In this document: positions 53,707 to 64,000 of the stretch, piece after piece
Position numbering within the stretch: position 1 is the stretch's first letter
Layout: each line of letters opens with the position of its first letter
From: Octopus bimaculoides
Lineage: Eukaryota
Assembly: GCF_001194135.2 (NCBI RefSeq)
Contig: NC_068982.1
Location: 24,096,097 to 24,160,096, forward strand
DNA length: 64,000 bases
Direction of reading: 5' to 3'
Translations under genes and position numbers: made by a program
The notes under the pieces: generated by a model
What the model saw: only the letters and a program-made list of their open reading frames with translations
What the model was told of the DNA's origin: nothing
Database searches by the model: none

Positions 53707-55753
53707 AAGAGGCACATGTAGATATCCACTTCTTTCGTTCGCTGTCATTTACCTTAAAGAAGCTTTTATTCCACCAATTTGAATACCACACTTAAATTAA
53801 TAATATCACATATTTGTATTGTTCACGCTCAATAAATTTCAAAGAGCCACAGCATATTTTTTTTTTAAATAGAGAATCTACATTTAAACTCTTCTACAAA
53901 ATTAGGAAAATATGAGAAAAGAAACTGGCATTGGATATGGGTGATTTTATGAAATAGCATATGTTTCAGATTTCAAGGAGATATTTAAGAAAATGTAAAT
54001 GAAAGACACAATGCTCTGTTTCTATGAGATTGTGACGTCCCTATTAATTTAGTTGCTGCCATCAATGAGCTACTGGATATGTATGCGTATAAGCCAGTAA
54101 GCAGGCATACATGACAATGACTTACATACTTCCCTATATTTTGTTATATAAAATCCATAAGATAATAGCTAACAATATAGCTTTCCATTCTACAAACTCC
54201 ACACAAATTATGGAAAGATTTTCTATTATTAACAATAATAATCTCAAAAAGACTGTAAGGATAGAGGGATGTGATTCCTTATACACAGAGCGTCTTACAA
54301 ACGCATATCAAAGAAATTGATATACATCCAAATATATCTGCCGAGACGGCACGAAAGGCTGAACCCATGAAAGTTATTTGGACAACAAATTCAAAAGATT
54401 TCAGACTAAGAATTTCAAACACAGGCGTCCCCGCACACACACACACACGCACACATATAGGAAAATATAAAAGAAGAATCACACTTTAAGATGATGTAGA
54501 TAATAACGACTTAGGAAGCTTTCATAGGTTGAAGCACCTGCATTTCTACATGCATGTGTGTGTGTGCGTTATCATATATACATAAATGCATATATATGCG
54601 TACAGCTGTATGCATGTATATATGTATATCAATTTATATGCATATGCATATGAGTATATATATTTAGTCTCTCAGACTTGATGAATGCTAATAGGCAAGA
54701 AAGTATATACTAGCCTTTATATTTAATACTGAATATTTCATATATTCAACAAGACATTCAATACTTCATTTTACAATTTATATTATATTATATATTCCAT
54801 ATTCTATATCCCACATTAATTTTATAAGAATATAAATAAAACATAAAAACAGACAGAGTTGGAACTCTTTTAAATAATATATATATATATATATATATAT
54901 ATGTACCAGTCTATAAGCGTACCGAGGTGCATACGATATTACCAGTGACGTATAAATGAACGAACTAAACAGTGTATTTATACATGTGTATAGTTTTAGA
55001 TATACGCATATGTCACCTTAGTATATCTTTTTATTGGTATACATTTATTTAGTTTCCTAGCTCGTACAAAATGCGACAAGCTACTCGGATGATACGACTG
55101 GTCTCCAGACAAGAACCACTAAAATATACAACTTATGCAACAATAAATAAATAAATAAATAATATATTGCAAAATTTTCAATCACTTGTCATTTAGCTAT
55201 CAGACGTGTTTCAAAAATTATATGATAGACCATAATATATTTCAATCGCTCGTTCGCAATCTCTGCATGATCTGCAGATTAAAGTGAGGAATAATGCATT
55301 TAATGTGCATATAGCAACATCTCGTTGAGAACTGAATCCATGATCATTAAGGATAATATTTTGCTAAGGTTATTTCTAAAGTTATAGCCTGCACTGATTG
55401 TTTTGCCACAACTTTTCGTATCGAGACGTCAAACATAAAGAAATAATAAGATCGGAGACAATGATGGGTAATTAGTGTATATTCCATATTTGAAGGGTTT
55501 TTTTTGCCTCTTCATCAGCTCTCATCTAACCCAATCATGTCTCCGAAGACATTGTCTACATAGCACATAGCCACCGTATACAGCGGTGTAAAGTTATTAC
55601 ATATTAAACGCATTCATAGGGCTGGTATGAAAATATTAAAGATTTGTAGGCATCTAGAATTACGTTATGCAACCATAATATGCTACAAAGTATATGAAAT
55701 ATTTTAAATACCAGCCCCATAATGCGTTTGGTATGATATATAAATTGGTATAG

Positions 55754-55804
55754 CCAATAACATTACATATCCAATAACATTACATATCCAATAACATTAT
55801 ATAT
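55754..55804. repeat. 17-bp tandem repeat x3 (CCAATAACATTACATAT)
   Basis: Two identical units and a third with one substitution. Confidence 0.9.
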
Positions 55805-57904
55805 CAGTATGCAGTGGCTAATTAAGCTGTGTTCGGAGGCAAGAGTGGGTTAGATTAGTGCTGTTGAAGGGGAAACCCCCGGATATATGGCGTTATACTC
55901 AGTATCTATCCTTGTACCCAATCACATTGTTAGTTTACATTTGACGTCTCAATACGAAACGGTGAGGCAAGATATCAGTGCTGGTTATAATTTCTGTAGA
56001 AACAACCTTAACAAAAATAGTGTAAAGATCACTGCTAACACAGTAGAACGTGGTGTTGACTCATAAACATTATGTAATATACTTCATAGTATATTACGGT
56101 TGCATAACGAAATTCCACGTTCCCAGAAGTCTTTAGTAGACGGAAAATATGTTGTTTCAGTAAATCACTTGTTACCAACAAAGTATGTTACTTAAATTAT
56201 GACCAACAGATAATTAAATTGAATGGGAGTATCGAGAAAATCCAATCCTATTACATTAAGACGAATGCCTCTTTTCATTAGATGAGCTTCTAAAATAGGC
56301 TCGCAGGTATTAGAGTAATCTCCTTGGAGTTAAACAAAAAGAGATTCTAAAAATTAAAATGAAAATCTAAAAATAATATTTGTTGTAATATAATGTAATA
56401 ATTATTTTAGTACAAATGATCACTGATATATGAAAAACATGTTTAACATTTTTCAAATATTCTGACGTATGAAAATAAGATATGTCACCCTATTTATGGC
56501 AAAGTTAATATTTTGTTTTTATGATTATGTTGTTAATGTACTTCGAATTAGGAAATGGCTTTTTAAATGGAGTACTGGTATTTGTGGAATGAAAAGTATT
56601 TATCATTGAAATAAATTGCAAGCTTTCATACTTATTTATCTCTACATATCTTCCCTCGTATGTCTTTTATTTCTCAATATATAAACACATTAATTTTGGC
56701 ATAAAAGAAAACTTTAAAATCTTACTATTAAATAAAACATTGTCAAACTTCCAAGCAACATTTACCTCACATGTAAATCTTAAATATTTGCTTCCCAATA
56801 ACATTTTTCACATAAACTTTTTTAAGTGTTTTAAATTAAATTCTGATAAATGTTACATGCTAAAACATTTTACCGAGGGGTCAACACATTGCCAAATTGA
56901 CTCAATCCATTTTACAAAAATCAGCACCTAAAAGCATATCTACATAGAGACGATAACATTTTCTAGATTGATCATAGCCCATTTCAAATATTTTCTTTCT
57001 AAAATAATTTCTGAATTACCTTCGAAATCAGTTATTTTCTATTCCCCGAAAGGGAAATACTCATATGTTTCAATCAACACAGGAGAACACTAATCTGAGA
57101 ATTAATAAAAGACTCACTATAATCAATAAAAATATCATTTAGAATGAACAAAATATGTTGGAGCCATAAAAATAATTATACAAAAAAAACCCCAAAAAAA
57201 CTGAACACTTTTCTCCATCTACTACCACATGCCAATTCACGAATTACTTGTTTTCATACTTAGTTTCCGTTGAGTGACTGAAACAGGGTCAGTTTGAATG
57301 TCCGATAGTATTTCGTGTTTTGTTTTCGTTTTATGAATGTTGTTTTAAATGTTTTTGTGGTTTTATTCAACATGTTTCATTTTCAGTGTAAAGCATATTG
57401 TCTGATTTACTTTTTTTATTTTATCCTTATTTTCTTTTATGATTCTTCGTAAGGCACTTTATTACCCACACGAAAAATGTTTTTAATTTTAACGCAAGTT
57501 CCCCGTGTACACGTGTAGCAAAAGACAAGTACCAAAATATATTGTAATCGAAATAAGCAAAATTGAGATTAAAAGCTGAGGTACGTGACTAGACACACCT
57601 ACACCATGAGTACACGACTACTGCATTTGCAACAGCTCAGCCGCGAGGCAGTGATGTATGATAGTTCGAAACGATTGTAGTGAATAATAACTTCTCGTGG
57701 ACTTCATTATTTCTCTTTCTCTCATATTTTAAAAATTTACGAATACGAATGAATTTCTGAAGTTATTCAAATACGGTGAACGTACTTTAAACGGAAAACT
57801 CTAAGATGTATACACCAATTTAGAATTATTACTTATATACATACATATACGTATGTGTGGGTGTATGTGTGAGGTGTGTATGTATATGTATATAAGTCTA
57901 TATG

Positions 57905-58166
57905 TGTGAGTAAATAAATAAAGATATTATTATGATTATTATTATTAATAAATAACAACAAAAATATAAGTTACCAGCAAGTATTAAAGCCAAAAATGCA
58001 AATCTATAAATCTATAATTAATTATCAAATACAATTGAGGGTACACGAAGTGCCAGTATTGCTAGAAATAAGAGTAGAAAAATACTCAAATACTCAAACG
58101 ATATCAGTGTATAATCTATACACAAATAAATAAAGATATTATTATTATTTTATGTTNNNNNNNNNN

Positions 58167-58206
<40 letters not shown>

Positions 58207-58362
58207 GTTGTAGTAGTAGTATTATTATATAAAAACCCTAATATCATTGGCCAGCATCCATAAAACCAAAGAGGCAAATTTATGATTAATTATTAATTAT
58301 ATCTGAGGGTACACGAATAACCAGCGTTGCTAGTAAGAAGAGTCGGAAAATACACAAATAAA
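57905..58362. repeat. Diverged tandem duplication, two units each starting with an (ATT)n tract
   Basis: TGAGGGTACACGAA at 58036 and 58304, with flanking similarity on both sides; AAATAAATAAAGATATTATT at ~57909 and ~58125. Confidence 0.8.
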
Positions 58363-58449
58363 CCAAAATTTACCAAGCTGATGAAAATCGAGGAAAGAGG
58401 AAAAGTCAACCTACCATTGCAGGTGAAAAACGCAAATGAAATACGTCAT

Positions 58450-58657
58450 TGTGTTCGTGTTTGTCCCAGAGCAAGGCTTGACAAGCGGGCTCGTTTATGT
58501 ACCCGTAAGTTAGCGTTTATGCAAAAGGAGCCTGATAGAATAAGTACTAGGCTTTAAAAAATTACTGGGGCCGACGTGTTTGACTAAACACTCCGAGGCG
58601 ATGGTCCATCATGGTCACAGTCTAATTACTGAATCAAGAGAAAGAATAAAAGAATAG
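58450..58657 (+). mobile_element. SINE family A, 3' half only
   Basis: gtgtttgtccc, cccgtaagttagcg, gatagaataagtactaggctt, catggtcacagtc and the tail gaataaaagaata. Confidence 0.78.
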
Positions 58658-58971
58658 CATTAATGTTGCGACATATTGTTCCAAATATATCTGTATGAGG
58701 CTTATCCATGTATTCAAATGTTTGATAAATTCTACTTCATAGTAAAACTTCTCATTATCATCAGACGTAGAATTTGTGGCATTGCAATGAGGGAATTATT
58801 GGATAATAATTTACAAAAGGACCTGCAACTAAATAGTATAAATAACTTATTTAGTAAGATATGCCTGCGGTTAATTTCGTTTAAAAATATATATGCTATA
58901 AAATTGCGAACCCAATATTGTTAATATTTTGGTAGTATTTAGTGGGGGAAAGTGGATGGTAGAGAAGATTA

Positions 58972-58982
58972 TCTTATTATTA

Positions 58983-59062
<80 letters not shown>
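58972..59062. repeat. (ATT)n microsatellite
   Basis: Direct reading. Confidence 0.96.
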
Positions 59063-59064
<2 letters not shown>

Positions 59065-59862
59065 CTAATTTTACTATTATTATTACTATTCGGAAGAGTA
59101 TTATTTCTATGATCATTATTTATGTTCACTAACTTTTAATCTGATATATGTAGTCTTCTGGCATTTAGGATTCTATATACATAAATGTAATTCCTAACGT
59201 ATCTAATATATATTTCAGATAGTCAAGAAATTTATGTAAGTTAAGCTTGTAATTNNNNNNNNNNNNNNNNNNNNNNNNNNNNNNNNNNNNNNNNNNNNNN
59301 NNNNNNNNNNNNNNNNNNNNNNNNNNNNNNNNNNNNNNNNNNNNNNNNNNNNNNNNNNNNNNNNNNNNNNNNNNNNNNNNNNNNNNNNNNNNNNNNNNNN
59401 NNNNNNNNNNNNNNNNNNNNNNNNNNNNNNNNNNNNNNNNNNNNNNNNNNNNNNNNNNNNNNNNNNNNNNNNNNNNNNNNNNNNNNNNNNNNNNNNNNNN
59501 NNNNNNNNNNNNNNNNNNNNNNNNNNNNNNNNNNNNNNNNNNNNNNNNNNNNNNNNNNNNNNNNNNNNNNNNNNNNNNNNNNNNNNNNNNNNNNNNNNNN
59601 NNNNNNNNNNNNNNNNNNNNNNNNNNNNNNNNNNNNNNNNNNNNNNNNNNNNNNNNNNNNNNNNNNNNNNNNNNNNNNNNNNNNNNNNNNNNNNNNNNNN
59701 NNNNNNNNNNNNNNNNNNNNNNNNNNNNNNNNNNNNNNNNNNNNNNNNNNNNNNNNNNNNNNNNNNNNNNNNNNNNNNNNNNNNNNNNNNNNNNNNNNNN
59801 NNNNNNNNNNNNNNNNNNNNNNNNNNNNNNNNNNNNNNNNNNNNNNNNNNNNNNNNNNNNNN

Positions 59863-59911
<49 letters not shown>

Positions 59912-62256
59912 TCTCTCTCTACTTATCTCTCACTCCCTCACTTTTTCTCTCTCTCTCTTACTTTCTCTCTCTCTCCCTCACTCTCTCACTCGTTCTCCCT
60001 TTCTGTAAGTGTGTTTGCACATGCACACATACAAATATCAGGCATACACTCCGACTCACATAAAATTACGCATCCATACGTATAATTATATACATACATT
60101 CATTTGATTCTTATGATTCACTTTGCACAACTCTGAGTTTTTTGTTATATGCTCCTAAATATAGGTTTCGTATTTCTTCTTAGGAATTTGTTTCCATTAC
60201 ACTGAATATCAAACATAGGAAAGAGACTGAACATGCAGTTTCGAAGTGAACGCTGTTCTTAACTGTAGTTATTGTTACAGAAGATGTAATAGGACGTCTG
60301 TTATCCGATGTGCTATATAGTTGGTTTCTCGTCAATGGTCTTAGTGATAATTATATATGAGCATCATAACGGTCCATGTTACTCTATATTTTGTCCGAGT
60401 TCTGTTATAGGTAATGCAAACGAATTCATAATTGGATTAAAACGTTTAACGGATGTATACTAAGGAGACTGCTTACTTACAATATAGAATAATGACATAA
60501 GTTTCACCAAATAATTTCCTTTATGTGACTAAAAGGAACAAAAAAGACTCATTGATCACATCAAATATGCATGGACATGTATCTATGAACAAGTATACAC
60601 GCTTACGTCCATAAACAGATGCATACACACGTGTGTTTGTATGTATGTATGTATATATATGTAGTTGAGTTTTTAAGAATTCATAAAAATTTGAGAAAGC
60701 GTGGAATATTTCTTTTTGTTATTAGTTTTTGAATTGCATTAAAAGCTACATATACTAGCATGTGAATGTTGGATTGAAAATCCTTTTGGGATAGTAAATT
60801 TGAGGGCAACCCACACGACGCGAATTCATATCTCCTGTAACTATAGCAAAGGTTCTACCATTGTTCCACTGCAACTATTCGGATTTCTCTATCCGTTGTA
60901 GAATCTTTATTCTTACCAGAGGGAATTACTTGTTAAAGTCTTCAGGATTTATAGACATTCGAGAGAAAGTAGGATACTCCATTTTTGGAATTGGTCTCGA
61001 GGTTAAAAGCTCCAAATAATAGCAATATTAAGAAGAGAGCCAGAATAACTTAAACGCCAGTGCGGAATATCTTGTATTACATACTAAGTTCGTCAAGGTT
61101 TCAAAACTCCTGCCGGAAGTGGTTGTGTTTTATTAATTCCTAAGTTATATAATGTATATTTTAGTCAAGAAATGTATGTAAGTTAAGCTTGTAATTTAGC
61201 TGCAGAGAAAAAGAGAACAGTAACAATATACGATAACAATCCACTTAAAAATGTACCTTTATTGAATTGATTTCTACTTAGAATGAACATTACGGGACTA
61301 TTTCCTCGTATTTGATACACGAACAACGTGGCAAAGCTTACACATTCAGTGCATGCTCAAATCCAACAGTACTACAATAATATCTTTAAGTTTACAGGTT
61401 GATTTGGTGTATTGTACACTCATAATTTGGATATTTCTTTATTGAACAGATTTCTTTTAATAAAACTAATTATAAGATCCAAAATGGATGGAAATTTTAG
61501 ATGAGCAGATATATTTAATTCCGTGGGAAGGAAACTAATTCACTTATTCTAGATATATATTATTTATAGATAATATTTTCGTTGCTTCCATTTCGTTATA
61601 CGATGATTGAAGTTAGTTTTCATACTTCTTATAGACAATCTCAGTTGAACGAAAGAGATGATTATATATATATAAACTCAAATACTAAATATATACATTG
61701 AATCAAAACAAGTAAGGAGCATTATATTGCGTAGACATCCTACATTATATTCCGGTTATTGTGGAGAACTATATTAAGGACAACACGTTAAAATAAATAC
61801 AACCATATTATGAAGCATGGTCAAGAAAATATTATAATGGTTTTCTCTATCAGGTGAGATTACTAAACCTGTTGATTTATGGCATAAAAAGTGGTTTTAC
61901 ATATATGTGTGAATTACTGTAATGTTTTGTAGTTTATGTATTGTAATTGATTTATATCGGAGGAATCCACGCAATTGCATAGGTATTAATTTGAACCATG
62001 AGGTCTGTTAACATCATCTAGTCACATACCCCGTATATAGTAAGATAGATGGTTCCTAGCATTTTTTCGGGAATGGGATAATCCATACAGTTTACATGTT
62101 CGGATCAGGGCATATTAGAGGATCTTTGAGAATTTGAGGCCTACAAGTACACCTTGAAAATTTTCCGGATTGTGAGGAGCTACATTTACAAATTCACCGT
62201 AGTTCTTGGTACAAGTATCGACCAGCTGGTGTACTTCACTCCCACAATATTATATA

Positions 62257-62670
62257 CAGGATGACCCAAAATTTGGTTTACTGTTATTCAACTATCTCTT
62301 TCGCATTCATATATTAAGAGCTTATAATTGTTCTTTCAGCAAGGTGGAAACCTCCACATTATGCGTTGACAGTAAGAGACTACCTTAACCGAGCCTTTCC
62401 ACGGCGTTGGTTTGGAAGAACAAGGTTTATGAGAAGAATCCTAAAACAGTAAAGGAATTAAAAGATTACACTTCTAACGCATTCAATGAAATTGATGGAG
62501 ATCGGAATTTGTGCCGACTTGTGTGTCAATGTGTTGTGAGAGGTTTAAAAGAATGTTGCAATGTTGAAGGAGGACATTTTGAGTATCTTAGAAATTAAAC
62601 ATTGTCTGTTTAAGATGTATATAAAAAATATGATTGTAAGATAGAAATTTAGATGTAATAAAATGTCTTA
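62257..62670 (+). mobile_element. Internally deleted Tc1/mariner element, rosa/DD41D-like transposase C-terminus
   Basis: Starts TA|CAGGATGACCCAAAA. Frameshifted FQQ(D)G(A)PPHYALTVRDYLNRAFPRRWFGR is joined directly to KNKVYEKNPKTVKELKDY..VEGGHFEYLRN* (ORF 62407-62598). Right TIR not found. Confidence 0.75.
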
Positions 62671-62976
62671 AAAGAAATTTAAAGTGCCTAAGAGATAAAT
62701 GTTTTTGACCGAGCTGTATATACTTTGATTGTCAAAGTTGTTGTATGATCTAAGGAATACTTATTATTCCAGAAAATTAAGAGTTTTAATTTTAGGTAAG
62801 TGAGAATTATGTCTAGATATTTTTTCCTTAAAACTGTGTTATTCCTAAACGTGCAAGTGCAGCTTATTTTCTTTCGAAGCCATAGTAACTGTACAGAAAA
62901 AATTATGAATATATATATATATTGGGGATAAATATAATAGTAGGAGAAATGCAAGTAATGTTTTATGCTGAAAGAA

Positions 62977-63197
62977 GGCGGTGAGATGACAGAATCGTTG
63001 GCACGCCGGGAAAATGACTAGCGTCTTTACGTACGTCTTTACGTTCTGTGAGGAAATTCCTCTCTGGGGGATGATTTTGATTCCATCCTTTCTACGGTCG
63101 ATTAGATAAAGTACAAGTTAATCATAGAAGTCGATGTAATCAACATAAACACATCCCCAAAATTGCTGGTCTCGTCCAAAAATTTGAAGCAAATATT
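62977..63197 (+). mobile_element. SINE family B copy (first of a tandem pair)
   Basis: GGCGGTGAGATGACAGAATCGTTGGCACGCCGGG head; 3' end aaaattgctggtctcgtccaaaaatttgaagcaaat. Confidence 0.78.
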
Positions 63198-63212
63198 CTA
63201 TGTTAGAAGGTG

Positions 63213-63430
63213 TCGGCAAGCTCGCACGATCTTTAGCACGCCGGGTAAAATGCCTAGCAGCATTTCATCCGTCTTTATTTCCAGAGTAGAAATGCCACCT
63301 TGATCCGTTGTGCCTTCCATACTTTCGGAGTCGAAAAATGAAGCTACAACTTGCCCACTGGAATCGACGTAAGTGATTTACTCAATCCCATGAAACTGCA
63401 GAATTTGGGCCAAATTCTTAAACCAATATT
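63213..63430 (+). mobile_element. SINE family B copy (second of a tandem pair, more diverged)
   Basis: ggcaagctcgcacgatctttagcacgccgggtaaaatgcctagc, ccttccatactttcggagtcga and ggccaaattcttaaaccaat. Confidence 0.72.
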
Positions 63431-63864
63431 TTTTGTTAGAAAGATGAGAGGGTCTCTCTTCGATATGCTTTACTACCACACATGATTCCCACATATAACA
63501 GTGATTGAGTTAGGTTACAACTTATCAGATGACTGAAAACTGTTCACATTGAAATTTAACTTCCAGAAAATTATTTGATGTCATAAACTCTTAAAAGAGA
63601 ATCATCTATCATTTCATATACTTCATAAAAAATTACTTAAAGATATTTTAGCTATTGGCCATTTAGACCATATTTCTCACACCATACAAATGCTCTTTCA
63701 AAAACGCAGTTGTTATAAATCATACGTACGCACCAAACTCATTTCATTCCGAATAACGTCATATTGGACAGAAGGAATACAAACATTATTCTAGTTCACT
63801 GAATTGTATTCAAGATATATGTAATATTGACATCATACGAGGTCGATTTTATATATCTATATCT

Positions 63865-63895
63865 TTATATCTACCTATCTATCCATCTATCTATA

Positions 63896-63960
<65 letters not shown>
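63865..63960. repeat. (TCTA)n microsatellite
   Basis: Direct reading. Confidence 0.95.
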
Positions 63961-64000
63961 GCCTGGCTCTCTCTTTCCCTTTATAAAGCCCTTTGTTTGT

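Noticed and set aside
57387-57448. 62-nt segment between TTTCATTTTCAG and GTAAGG
   Set aside because: The interior is a T-rich low-complexity tract typical of intron, and the only open phase gives Phe/Tyr-rich noise.

Overview
This is AT-rich, microsatellite-saturated animal DNA from a draft assembly with about 4 kb of N gaps, most abutting (TA)n/(CA)n/(TC)n runs. The SINE families and repeat content look like an octopus (coleoid cephalopod) genome; that is inference from recalled repeats, not a search. I found no supportable host protein-coding gene. Nearly all ORFs in the track are microsatellite or N read-throughs, and the few informative ones are decayed transposon pieces. The window reads as intronic or intergenic. 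It holds a CR1-group LINE (1.5-3.25 kb), two R4/Dong-type LINE fragments (9.7-10.4 kb, 37.9-38.8 kb), a full-length dead DD34D mariner with TIRs and TA TSDs (27975-29256), a half maT/DD37D-like element, a deleted rosa/DD41D-like element, a 127-bp MITE, a probable non-autonomous Helitron with internal tandem repeats, Penelope-like remnants (one with a decayed hammerhead ribozyme fold), and three tRNA-derived SINE families. The less expected items are a decayed 28S rRNA domain V fragment (47.3-47.6 kb) and duplicated short segments with splice-site-like borders (58.0-58.3 kb; 59.2 and 61.2 kb). Nothing here convincingly amounts to a new biological system.
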